Position numbers and translations under genes: made by a program
From: Octopus bimaculoides
Taxonomy: Eukaryota
NCBI RefSeq assembly: GCF_001194135.2
Contig: NC_068990.1
Coordinates: forward strand, 11,649,601 to 11,695,415
DNA: 45,815 nucleotides
Direction of reading: 5' to 3'
Notes under the pieces: generated by a model
What the model saw: the letters and a program-made list of their open reading frames with translations, nothing else
The model's database searches: none
Told to the model about the DNA's origin: nothing
Part shown: in pieces, positions 11,583-23,250 of the stretch
How positions within the stretch are numbered: position 1 is the stretch's first letter
Layout of the letters: the number at the start of each line of letters is the position of its first letter

Positions 11583-13773
11583 CGCCGGACAAAATGCTTA
11601 GCAGTAATTCCTCCGTCTTTATGTTCAAATTCCACCGCGGTCGACTTTATCTTTTATCCTTTCAGGGTCGCTAAAATAAATTCCAGTTGAACACGGGTCG
11701 ATGTAATCGACTTAACCCTCCCTGAAATTATCAATTTCTTGAGAAGGCAGTGAGTTAGCAGAATAGTTAGCATGCCAGTCAATATACTTACCGACTTTTC
11801 GTCTGTCCTCGTGTTCTGAGTTCAAATTCCGCTGAGGTCGACTTTGCCTTTCATCCTTTCATGGTCAATAAAATAAGTACCAGTTGAACTCTGGGTCGGC
11901 GTAATCTACGTACCCCCACTCCTGAACTGTCTGGCCTTGTGCCAAATTTTGGAACTATAATTAATTTCTTGAGAAAGCTGAGAGCTGGCAGAATCGTTAG
12001 CACGCTTGGCAAAATGATTAGCAGCATTTCGTCCGTCTTTATGTTCTGAGTTCAAATTCCACCGAGGTCGACTTTACCGTTCATCGTTTCAGGATAGATA
12101 CAATATGTACCAGTTAAGAGCTGGGGTCGATATGATCAGCTTACCCACTCTCCAATAATAGTAGGCTTTGTATCTATAACAGAAAAGATTATTACTTTCT
12201 TGAGAAGCTAAGCATGATTTTTGTCATCAGCATGTAAACCCACATTAGTGTTGAAAATTTGAAGAAAAGATGTGATGCGAGGATGGATTTTAAAAAGATC
12301 CCCATGTGCCAGCAGTAACCAGAAAAACATAGCGCGTGGAAAGGAGAGGGATAAAAACAATAGAATCATTAATATTTCACATGAATCAACGAGGGATACG
12401 TATATTATTTCCTAACCTACTGAATAAAACAGTCAAACATCGTTACAAATCCACCCAACCGTGCAAAATAGCAGCAGTAGTAGTAGTGAGTGTCCATATT
12501 TGATAATGTCGTCATAGTTATGTGACTAACACATAGGTTGGCCGTAGCTAGGACTCCTTTCATCAAACATCAGGTCGACCAGAACTGATCTGGACCAAAC
12601 AAGAAAGAACATACTGAATAACGTAGTTTTAGTTATATGTCTGGGAAAATAAAAGGCTCTATAGTCTTTGCTAGAATGCTTTTTATCGTAGCATCAACGT
12701 TGTGATTTGGAATAAACCAAGCTTACGTTAGTTAAAATATGCTTGTGACATATTTGTAAAACTTGTAAAAAATTCACTGCAGTTTCCCCGAAGAAAGATA
12801 TGTTATTTTATGGTTAAAGATGTAAAAACACCATATCTGCAGGGTGATTTCCTCTAGCGGATTTCCAGATACGGGTTTCTGGTTATTTAGCTTCCTCAAT
12901 AGGAAATGCCGAAGAGCGACAGTCATGGACACAAGGTGCACATAGGCTATACCACATGGAAATGAAACATTGGTTGATATGTTCGTTGGTGCAATATGTT
13001 TGGAGAAATTACCAAATAGCCATAGCTGGAACACTTTTGATTATATGTTTCATTAATCAGATCTCATTTGTGCTAAACAAAGCGACTCAACACTAACGAT
13101 ACCACGAAAGCAGAACAAAAAAAGAGCTAAAAACAACGATGCAATCTCTCAAAGACGATGCAATTCGTAAGTTCAGGAATACAGAGATACACCCGACATG
13201 ACAACAAAATTTCAGTTGAAACTACTTAAAATATAAAAATATTAAACTCGATTATTTTTAGAATAAGTTCCATGCATTTGTGAGACAGGTTTTATGCAGT
13301 TTGAGATCGTTTTCATGCAATTTTTTTTTATATTGAGAAATGGGAAATATTCTAAAATTGGCCATGCTGCAGATGAGCTATGATGATAGTGATATCGGTG
13401 GTGAAGCTGACGAAAGCAATGATCCTGAAAGTGATGATGACATTGTGGAAACTATAAATAACCACGACAGCTTTAGAATCATGAATATAGCATCAACTTT
13501 TTATAAGGTTGCGTTCAGCTCTATCATTTATGCAATGATTACCCTAGCCTACACGCTGTGTGCGTGTGTGTGTGTTGCGAGTGTGAGGAAGATAATATGA
13601 ATGACGTTGAGAGGGAACCGAGGGTGTGTACATGAAGTGAATGGTACATAAATAATTTTCCTAATCACAAAAAAATAGTCATACATACGTACACAACCGT
13701 GCAGATACATATATATATATACTCACATACATATACACACATCTACGTGTGTGTGTATGTGTGTGTGTGTGTC

Positions 13774-14077
13774 GGGCTGGCAATCGTGAGGTTGTGAGTT
13801 CGATTCCCGGACCGAGCTCTGTGTTGTGTTCTTGAACAAGACACGTTGCTCTTGTTCACTCAGCTGTAAAAATGAGTTGTGATATCACAGGTGCCAACCA
13901 GAATCGGCATTTTCCTTTTCCCTTGGGACAACATCGATGGAGTGGAGAGGGGAGACTAGTAAGCATGGGCAACTGCTGGTCTTCCACAAACAACCTTGCA
14001 CGGACTTATGCCTCGAAAAGGAACATTCTAGATGCATTTCCATGGTCGTTCATGACCGAAGGGGATCTTTATCCTTA

Positions 14078-14083
<6 letters not shown>
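13774..14083 (+). mobile_element. SINE head D (truncated), tail type 3
   Basis: GAGTTCGATTCCCGGACCG B box and TGTTGTGTTCTTGAACAAGACAC shared with D copies; distinct tail ending GACCGAAGGGGATCTTTATCC then (AC)n. Confidence 0.75.
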
Positions 14084-14140
<57 letters not shown>

Positions 14141-14218
14141 GCCATACATATACACATACTATGGCACAACTGAAACGGAGCAACTACCGCTTCCGTTTAT
14201 CACATTCTTCAAAAGTTT

Positions 14219-14366
14219 CTGTGGTAAGTAGCTTGCTTACCAACCACACGGTTACGGGTTCAGTTCCACTGCGTGGTACCTTGCGTAAGTGTATTTTACT
14301 ATAATCGCGGGTCGACCAAAGCCTTGTGAGTGGATTTGATAGACGGAAACTGAAAGAAGCCCGTCG

Positions 14367-14367
<1 letters not shown>
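14219..14367 (+). mobile_element. SINE B head and CORE-like part only
   Basis: Matches the 42805 copy; ends in (TA)n. Confidence 0.9.
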
Positions 14368-14411
<44 letters not shown>

Positions 14412-14779
14412 AATGCCAAAACGAATTTCTGTGTGTCAGTGTGTCACTTTGACCACCTCTCTCATTATTCAGTTACACTTCTACTCCTCTTGCTGGAGTG
14501 ATAGTAATAGTATGAGCTGTAGTTATGATAGAGATGGAAGCGATGATGATGATTGTAGTAGTGGTGGTGGTGGTGGTGGTGGTAGCTGAGGCGGTCAAGT
14601 ATCCTGGTGATAGTAAGGAATGTGAAAGACAGTGGTGATGGTGGTGGAGGGGAAGGCGGCGAAGTCAAAGATGTTGACGGTGGTGGTGTCAGAAGTCTGA
14701 ATGGTGCGTGTATGGTAGTTGTGGTGGCGATGGTGGTGGTACTGGTGATGGTTGAAAACAATCAACAGAAAGAGAGAGA

Positions 14780-14812
<33 letters not shown>

Positions 14813-15092
14813 CAAGAGGTTAGACAGAAGAAAAAAATTGTATTGACCCCCGAATGGGACAAAAATGTTTACCATGAAGCTTTGCAATAAGTTCCAAGTC
14901 GACATATATCATTGTCTTGATGAAAATTGTTCATTGCTTGAAAAACATTGGTCAAATTTAATAAAATTTAATATGTACTCTATACACGAAGTGTTATTGA
15001 TGAAGAGTCCTTCACAGGAGCTACATTAAAAGCTGCCCTATCGAGCAGCTTTTAAGCTAGTATATATTTATATGTGTGTGTGTGTGTGTGTG

Positions 15093-15246
15093 TGTGTTTA
15101 CGTGCTCGTGACCTAGCGGTTCGGCCTAACAGACCGATAGAATAAGTACTAGGCTTGCAAAGAATAAGTCCTCGGGGCAATTTGTTTGACTAAAAATAGT
15201 GCTCCATCATGGCCGCAGTCAAATGACTGAAACAGATAAAAGAATA
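15093..15246 (+). mobile_element. SINE B tail only
   Basis: GATAGAATAAGTACTAGGCTT...CAGTCAAATGACTGAAAC preceded by (GT)n. Confidence 0.88.
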
Positions 15247-15947
15247 ATTATTTTATGCCCAAAAATATACAAACGAGATTCTGATTTGTTAGTATATATA
15301 CTTTACATTATTGCATGACTTTGGAAGTCTCCTTTGGACTCGTTTATTTTATTCGATCTACTTCCCAGTATTTTTAACAGTATTCTGCGATGCGTTGGTG
15401 GTCATCTGCATCTGGGGAATCAAAAGAAGCTTTGGCGCCATTAACCTCCTCTCCAATGCTGGCTAATCCCATGATGTTTCATATTATTTTAAGTCACAAG
15501 TCACAGTCCCAGGTGTATATAAAATCTCATACATTATTGCATTTACTGAAGCGTGAAATTAATGATTGTTGAATACAATGATATATGTTATAGTGTATGA
15601 AATATTTCGCATTTATACACACGAGAAATGAACGTACATTAACGCAACTCGTTTGCTGATAACCAAAAGTGAAGGATGTACAACGACTTTTGACTCCAAC
15701 CAAATTATTATTACATATCCTTGACACACTTATGGTATCTCTTATGGCATTTTCAAATATGTAATTGCTTTATGAAATTCTGATACAACACAAACATTTC
15801 ATAAGATGCTTGCATAGAATTTACGTTAAGTCTTAAATTTCTGGGTATTTTATATTGCAAAGGCATGTTTAAGTTATTCGCTTGTTTTATTATAAGGCTG
15901 TTATATTCTAGTTTTTTAGCCCAACAAATCAACCCAAAGATAATTTT

Positions 15948-16258
15948 TTTAAAGCCTGGTACTAATTCTATCGGTGTCTTTTGCCGAACCGCTAAGTTAC
16001 AGGGGCGTAAACACACACCAACACCGGCTGTGAAGCGGTAGTGGGGAACTAACACAGACAAAAAGACACATATAGATATATACATATATATACGCCGAGT
16101 TTCTTTCAGTTTCCGTCTACCACATCTACTCACAAGGCTTTAGTCCGCCTGAGGCTAGAATAGAAGGCACTTGCCCAAGGTGCCATGCAGTGGGACTGGA
16201 CCCTGAACCATATGGCTGGGAAGCAAGCTTCTTACCCCACAGTCAAGCACGCACCTAT
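15948..16258 (-). mobile_element. SINE family B, 3' truncated
   Basis: Reverse complement match to head, microsatellite and first half of tail B. Confidence 0.88.
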
Positions 16259-17298
16259 TTTAATTTTTTTTTTTCTCTAAAAAAAAAACATGCCAAGCAG
16301 AAAGAAAAGAGACTACCTGGAGTGAAAGGAAATGAACGATGTTGCAAATCAAGAAAAAGTCACAAAAATATTGATTGTATGATTTGCTTTCCATTTTGAC
16401 ATATACTTGAGGTCTGCTCAACTGAAACGGAAATCTGCTTCATCCTTGGAGAGGGATCTTAGGAACACTTGCTGGTTTCTATTTTCAGCCCGGAAACTGA
16501 CCACAGTTGTCTGAGTACTGCATATCCACAAGCCGTGCGAAGGGCACCTCAGAAACATATGACTACTTACACTATCACCCACAATATGAAGACGACGCAG
16601 TAAAACCAAGCGATCTTATGCACACATACACAAAATAAATACCCGCTTTGTGAAACACCTTTAACATTGTACACGCTCCTCTTGTGTTAGACCCTTGTCA
16701 TTCTAGTCAAAAACGCAATTTTAACAATTTTTTCAGAGAAAGAAGGACGTCATTTCATTATAACTTGAAACAAATTAATCATTGTTGTGAAATAAATTAG
16801 TTATGATTGATTTACTATTATCATTCCTTTTGTTCCCCATGCACAAATACGTGTGTATTCACCATTATTTATTTTATTCGATTTTAGAAAAAAATGAAGC
16901 ATGTCTTTGATAATTCCGGAGTATATTGATCTTCTTTTCTGCGTGGCTTTTGGCTCACCCTCCATATTGAAGAGTAAATTACTAAATAAGTCAATCAGTT
17001 TCTCCATTTATCTACAGAGAAAGTACTTTAGATCAGAACATATCTGAATTCATTGCTTTTTGAAAACGTTAAAAGAAATTATGTGAAATTGTGTGAAATT
17101 ATGAATCTCAATTCAAACAAGATTCAGAAGGAAGCAATCGAGTTGGCTTGAAGATATGACATTTATACGAAATACAAACAACATAGAGAGAATATAAAAG
17201 ACAAACATTCCATTATGAAGCTCTTTCAGGATGAAGGTATATATGCCGTGCGACTGAAATGCATACTTTATTATATTACTTAGTTACTTTAGATTCTT

Positions 17299-17961
17299 AA
17301 TATCTTCAGCTTTACAAGGAATGGCGAGCTGGCAAAAGCGTTAGCATGCTGGGCAAGCGCTTTCCAGCATTTCGTCTGTCTTTATGTTCTGAGTTCAAAT
17401 TCCGCGAGGGGTCGATTTTGGTTTTCGTACTTTCGATGTAGATAAAATAAGTACCAGTTGCACACTGGAGCCAATTTAATCGACTTATCTCCTCCCTCGA
17501 AATTGTTAGCCTTTTAAGCTATTTCAAACCAATATCTTTAGCCTTACATAGGGCAGCAAGCTGGCCGAAACGTTAGCGAGCCGGGCGAAATGCTTCCCGG
17601 TATTTCGTCTGCCGTTACGTTCTGAGTTCAAATTCCGCCGAGGTAGACTTTGCATTTCATCCTTTCCGGGTCGATAAACTAAGTACCAGTTACGCAATTG
17701 TTTGTCCCCTCCATGTTTAGCCCATTGTGGGCAATAAAGAAATAAGAACCGTTAGCAGGCCGGGCAAATTGCTTTGCGATATTTCATCCGTATTTATCTT
17801 CTGAGTTCAAATTCCATCGAGTTCGGCTTCGCTTTTCATCCTTTTAGGGTCGATAGAATAAGTAACAGTTGAACACTAGGGGGTCGATGCAATCGTCTTG
17901 TCACCAACCCGACATTGCTGGCCTAGTGCCAAAATATGAAACCAATATCTCTAGCTTTACA
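17299..17961 (+). repeat. Second target-repeat/SINE-A array (three SINE bodies, three 18-bp repeats)
   Basis: AATATCTTCAGCTTTACA 17299-17316, AATATCTTTAGCCTTACA 17531-17548, AATATCTCTAGCTTTACA 17944-17961; SINE bodies start near 17317, 17551, 17747. Confidence 0.88.
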
Positions 17962-18068
17962 GCTTTGGTTCGTTTAAAGTGCTAGGACTCATAAGGCCTA
18001 TCCCTAACCTAGTTTTTACGGCTTACAAGTAACTAAGATGACGACCTCCCACTCTGAACAGCTTTCGC

Positions 18069-18160
18069 TGGAGCTTGTTCTAAAGAACACAATGCACCAT
18101 CCTGTCCGGGAATCAAAACCATGATCATACGATCGTTAGTTCAACTACTCAGCGGCGCGC
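18069..18160 (-). mobile_element. SINE head D fragment
   Basis: Reverse complement GATCGTATGATCATGGTTTTGATTCCCGGAC..TTGTGTTCTTTAGAACAAG resembles the D head. Confidence 0.6.
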
Positions 18161-18633
18161 TTTCACTTTTAATGCCACTAGTAAAAGTGTTGGAAGATTT
18201 TCAAAATACAGTTTATAAATGTAGTGCTTTACATCCAGAGCATTTTGACTAAGCAGGTAATGTTAACAAGATAGAACTTTAACCGACACATATTCAGACG
18301 TAACACGCAATCAAATCAAATTCGTAACTAAAGATTATTTAATTCAAAGACACGTACAAAACTATAATGAGCACTAGCAGTATGGTAAATTCAAGTTTCG
18401 AGCAACCATCAGCAACGAATATTCATGATGATGAATGACAATCTTACATTCAGCCTAAACTTTTAACACAGTGTTTTTCTTTTCTAAGCCTATCAACAGC
18501 TTAGGTAATTGTTGAACGATCATTAAGACGCAGTCACATGTGTTCGTCCGGAGTTCTACACCAAGTAAGGACAGATTGCTGAAATTAGCTTTTGCCCTCT
18601 AGGGAAAAGCAGTCAGCTACTAAGGTGATTTAT

Positions 18634-18847
18634 AATCCTTTCTACTAAAGATACAAGGCCTAGGATTTAAGGGATTGTGAATAGACGATTACATTGATCC
18701 GAGTGGTTACCTTCTACATTTTCTATCGACATCGAAAGGATGAAAGGCAAAGTCGATCTCGGCAGAATTTGAACTCAGAACGTAAAGACGGATGAAATAC
18801 CAAACATTTTACCCGATGTGTTAATGACTCCACCAGCTCACCATCTT
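18634..18847 (-). mobile_element. SINE family A with degenerate TSD
   Basis: Full-length match; flanks TAAGGTGATT (18621) and TAAGGTAGATT (18847). Confidence 0.88.
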
Positions 18848-18955
18848 AAGGTAGATTGTAAATTACTGGATTTGCAGGAGTGTAAGACATTCTCGCATAA
18901 GTCGTACCCACTTTGTTACAAGAATATGTTGTGAAAAAAAAAGAAACTTAGTATG

Positions 18956-19033
18956 CAAGTGTTTTCTATTATAGCCTCAGGCCGACTAAACCATGTACGA
19001 GGATTTGGTAGACGGAAACTGAAAGAAGCTCGC

Positions 19034-19034
<1 letters not shown>
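18956..19034 (+). mobile_element. SINE B CORE-like fragment running into (GT)n and a gap
   Basis: GGATTTGGTAGACGGAAACTGAAAGAAGC hallmark. Confidence 0.85.
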
Positions 19035-19082
<48 letters not shown>

Positions 19083-20386
19083 NNNNNNNNNNNNNNNNNN
19101 NNNNNNNNNNNNNNNNNNNNNNNNNNNNNNNNNNNNNNNNNNNNNNNNNNNNNNNNNNNNNNNNNNNNNNNNNNNNNNNNNNNNNNNNNNNNNNNNNNNN
19201 NNNNNNNNNNNNNNNNNNNNNNNNNNNNNNNNNNNNNNNNNNNNNNNNNNNNNNNNNNNNNNNNNNNNNNNNNNNNNNNNNNNNNNNNNNNNNNNNNNNN
19301 NNNNNNNNNNNNNNNNNNNNNNNNNNNNNNNNNNNNNNNNNNNNNNNNNNNNNNNNNNNNNNNNNNNNNNNNNNNNNNNNNNNNNNNNNNNNNNNNNNNN
19401 NNNNNNNNNNNNNNNNNNNNNNNNNNNNNNNNNNNNNNNNNNNNNNNNNNNNNNNNNNNNNNNNNNNNNNNNNNNNNNNNNNNNNNNNNNNNNNNNNNNN
19501 NNNNNNNNNNNNNNNNNNNNNNNNNNNNNNNNNNNNNNNNNNNNNNNNNNNNNNNNNNNNNNNNNNNNNNNNNNNNNNTTTTTTTTTTTTTTTTTTTTCC
19601 TTTTTAACAAAATTATATCCGCTGTATCGGAAATCTACAAAAGTTCCATAGTTCCATAGCTCCTGTCTCGGTTACTCGGTTACGAGCTTGGAACCCTAGT
19701 AATCCGTTACACCCACTTACCCAGCATACCTATCCGTTTAGATCACCTGTGAACTAAACTCCAATACACACACACACACACACACAGTCGCTAATTTTAC
19801 CGATCCTGGGGAGGGCGCGTATTTTTGCCTTTATCCTTTTTGAGAATTGAAGTAAGCGTGGGGTGAGGAAGAATGACTGAAAAACACTGCTCTAAAGCAA
19901 ACCAACATCTCATGCTGTTAAATCCTTTTACGCAACTTCAGTTTCCATAGGCTGACCATTACGTACGAATGCTGGGTCATCGCAGCCACTTTACCTCAAG
20001 GTTAGTAAAAGTTAAACAAAAACGCGGAGGGCAAAGGAAATCGCTTAAAAGCGAACTTAAATGGAATTTGAACAAGGATAGCATTAACGTGTATAACTGA
20101 GAACTTGGATGACTACATATGTACATTCATATATATGTACACACACACATATATATGTACACACACACAAAAGAAAATTTACTTTAAGACACATAAATGT
20201 GTACGTATATGTGTTCATGTCTGTCTTTTAGTGTATGGTGGAATTCATCTATTTTGAGTTTGCTTCCGAGTGTTTGCATATATGAGTGTGTGTGTGTGTA
20301 GTGTATATACACATATATACATACAACATGCATACATACATACATTATATATATTACATACATACATACATTATATACATTACGTT

Positions 20387-20419
<33 letters not shown>

Positions 20420-21219
20420 TGTATGTATGTAGGTAGGTAGGTTTATGAGTGTGTTATTGGTGGAAAGAACATGATACAAAATTTACATTGTGATCGATAC
20501 ATTGAAGGCACTTTGATGATTTTTTTTAGGTGTACTGGTGCCAGGATTTTGTTGAAAGGCAATTCATTTAGAATTTCACTCTCTTTATCCTATAGGGAAA
20601 GATAATATTAATGATGGCCATGTTTTAGACTGTTATACGTCTCTTTTATACTTGATTGCATTTCCGTCTGAACTTGGCTTCGTAGAATATTCTAAAGAGA
20701 GGTCACTTGCAGCTGTTGTTTATCTATAGGCTGTTTAAATAAAAAGTCATTCTCTTAAATGGCGACAAGCGAAAAAGAAAAAAAAAATAGATGCAACCGA
20801 AAAAAAAAATGTATAAACTACTATGTATGTGCGTGTGAGTGTTTGTGAGTGTAGTCTATTTTCATTTTTATTCGACTTTATATATCACCTCCATTTCTAT
20901 TCCTAACTAAAATATCTACTAATACCACTCACCTCCCAGCATCACCTCCTTACCATCCTACCATCGAAACATAAATTATTCTTTCAACGACTACCTTATT
21001 TTTGGCTTCATTTTATGATCACAAAATAAACTAGACCGGTGAGTAAATCCTTAAATATCTTCCAAAATTCTAGTTTTTCTAAACCAAAGTATATTTTAGT
21101 GCCTACCTACTGCACCCATCCCCAGTTTGATAAACTGCAATCTTCTTCCTTACTTGTTTGTTTCTCAGTTCAACATTCTCTTTCTCCTTTCCATTTATTT
21201 TATTTATTTCGATCAAATC

Positions 21220-21430
21220 AAAGCGGTGGATTAGCAGAATTGTAAGCCTAACAAAATAACTTGTAATATTTATTCTGGCTCTTAAGGTTCAGTGTTAAGA
21301 ATCTCACCGGGGTCAGCTTTTGTTTATTATTCTTCAGAAGTCGATAAGATAAAGTACAAGTCAAGTGCCATTTGTCCAATTAACCAACATCTCGCTCCCC
21401 ACAAATTTGTGACTTTGTACCTCTGTTACA
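21220..21430 (+). mobile_element. Old, diverged SINE family A copy
   Basis: AAGCGGTGGATTAGCAGAATTGTAAGC head and GTCGATAAGATAAAGTAC body. Confidence 0.6.
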
Positions 21431-22142
21431 ACAATTATTTACACTTCTATCCCTTCTACTTCTCCATATTTTTATTAGCCCTACACCCTTCCTAACTATA
21501 TATCTGCCCTATCTATCTAACTACTCTTGTTGGCTTACTCATCTGATTAACTTACAAGTTTGCGATCACCTCTCTGTCATTTATCCAGTTTCGTTATCTC
21601 GTACACTCTACAAACGCCATGCAGGCAATATTTCCAGCAGCTTTGGTCCACCCAAATAGCAAAGAAACAATACAAAGCATGAAATGCCTTGGATCAAATA
21701 AGACAAACTCTGGTGTCATGTAAAAGCTCACAACTTCTTTCACTTGAAGAGAATGCCACCCAACTTAACACAACTTGGCTTGGCTCTTTAGCACACATTT
21801 AACAGGGTTCACTCTGTGGCAATTATTCGGACAAGTCTCTTAGTTGAAGATGATATAGCCTCAAGATACGCCGCTTTCCTTTATGAAACACTACTAAATA
21901 CAAATGGCAAATGGGAGCTGGTGTGTATTTTATTTAAACGCTTTCAGGCTGAACGAAGTACTGCAGCCTGATCGCGTTTAAACCAATGTTTCCTAAACTA
22001 TTTTATCCCGGCCCAACTATAACTTTCCTCCGGGAAAATGTATGCTCCACGGGTGTTTGGAAATAAAACATCTTTAAAATATTTTATCATTAAATACTTT
22101 CCTTAAAGAAATATCCACTCTAGGGAATTAGAGTAGAGCTAT

Positions 22143-22359
22143 ATTCTTTTCTACTCTAGGTACAAGGTCCGAAATTTTGAGGGAGTGGGACAAGTCGATT
22201 AAATCGATCCCAGTACGCAACTGATATTTAATTTATCGACCCCAAAAGGATGAAAGGCAAATTCGACCTCGGCGGAATTTGAACTCAGAATATAAAGACA
22301 GACGAAATACCGCTAAGTATTTCGCTCGGCTGCTAACGTTTCTGCCAGCTCGCCACCTT
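22143..22359 (-). mobile_element. SINE family A with 18-bp TSD
   Basis: Flanks TTAGAGTAGAGCTATATT and TTAGAATAGTGCTGTATT (15/18 identical). Confidence 0.92.
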
Positions 22360-22413
22360 AGAATAGTGCTGTATTGCAGCAAACAGTCTTCACACAGTGT
22401 CCTTGGTTGGATG

Positions 22414-22647
22414 TTTCTCATTTCTTTACTGCCCAAAAGGGGCTAAACATAGAGGAGACAAACAAGGACAGACAAACGGATTAAGTCGATTATATCGATC
22501 CCGATGCGTGACTGATACTTATTTAATCGACCCCGAAAGGACGAAAGACAAAATCAACCTCGGCGGAATTTGAACTCAGGACGTAGCGCCGAGCGAAATA
22601 CAGCTAAGCGTTTCGTCCAGCGTGGAAACGATTCTGCCAGCTCACCG
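22414..22647 (-). mobile_element. SINE family A, tail subtype 3 (ends GGGCAGTAAAGAAAT)
   Basis: Same tail as copies at 25524, 26593 and 17551. Confidence 0.92.
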
Positions 22648-22712
22648 TAGTAGTAGTAGCAGTAGTAGTAGTAGTAGTAGTCATCGTCGTCGTCGTCGTC
22701 GTTTCAAATTTT

Positions 22713-22915
22713 AAGGCGGTGAGCTGGCAGAAACGTTAGCACGCTGGCCGAAATGGTTCGCGGTATTTCGTCTGTCTTTACGTTCTGAGTTCAAATTCCG
22801 CCGGGGTCGACTTTGCTTTTCATCCCTTCGGGGTCGGTAAATTAAATACCAGTTGTTTACTGTGGTCGGTCTAATCGACTGACACCCTACCAAAAAAATT
22901 TTCGGGCCTTGTAGA
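22713..22915 (+). mobile_element. SINE family A
   Basis: AAGGCGGTGAGCTGGCAGAAACG...GAGTTCAAATTCCGCCGG. Confidence 0.92.
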
Positions 22916-22918
22916 ATA

Positions 22919-23250
22919 GTTTGAAATTTTGCCACAAGGACAGCCATTTTTGGGAAGAGAACTAATCTATTACATCGATCCAGTGTTTCACTGGCACTTA
23001 ATTTATCGACCCCGAAAGGATGAAAAGCAAAGTCAACCTCGGCGGAATTTGAACTCAGAATGTGAAGACAGACGAAATACCGCTAAGCATTCCGCCCGGC
23101 GTGCTAACGATTCTGCCAGCTCGCCGACTTAACATAATAATAATGATAATAATCCTTTCCAATTTTTGGCACTAGGCCAGCAATTTTGATGCTAGGGGAA
23201 AAATCATTATATCGACCCGGTGCTCAAATAGTATTTATTTTATCGAACCC
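22919..23250 (-). mobile_element. SINE family A (22919-23130) plus a further tail fragment (23152-23250)
   Basis: Reverse-complement matches; tail-to-tail with the 22713 copy. Confidence 0.88.

Larger units (their letters stand above)
10711..12207 (+). repeat. Tandem array of four family-A SINEs separated by five copies of ATTAATTTCTTGAGAAG
   Basis: Repeats start at 10711, 10943, 11730, 11960, 12191; SINE units start at 10725, 10957, 11744, 11974 with A box TGGCAGAATCG and B box GAGTTCAAATTC. Confidence 0.92.

Noticed and set aside
10711-12207. CRISPR-like repeat/spacer appearance
   Set aside because: The intervening units are homologous SINEs of about 230 bp, the sequence is eukaryotic and there are no cas genes; only the architecture is analogous.
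13340-13600. Acidic ORF resembling a piggyBac N-terminus
   Set aside because: Low-complexity acidic patch only; no catalytic region or TTAA-CCC termini found.
16476-16620. Candidate exon after strong acceptor TTTCTATTTTCAG
   Set aside because: No convincing donor and no recognisable peptide.
22013-22070. hAT-like TIR CAATGTTTCCTAAACT
   Set aside because: No matching second TIR or 8-bp TSD.
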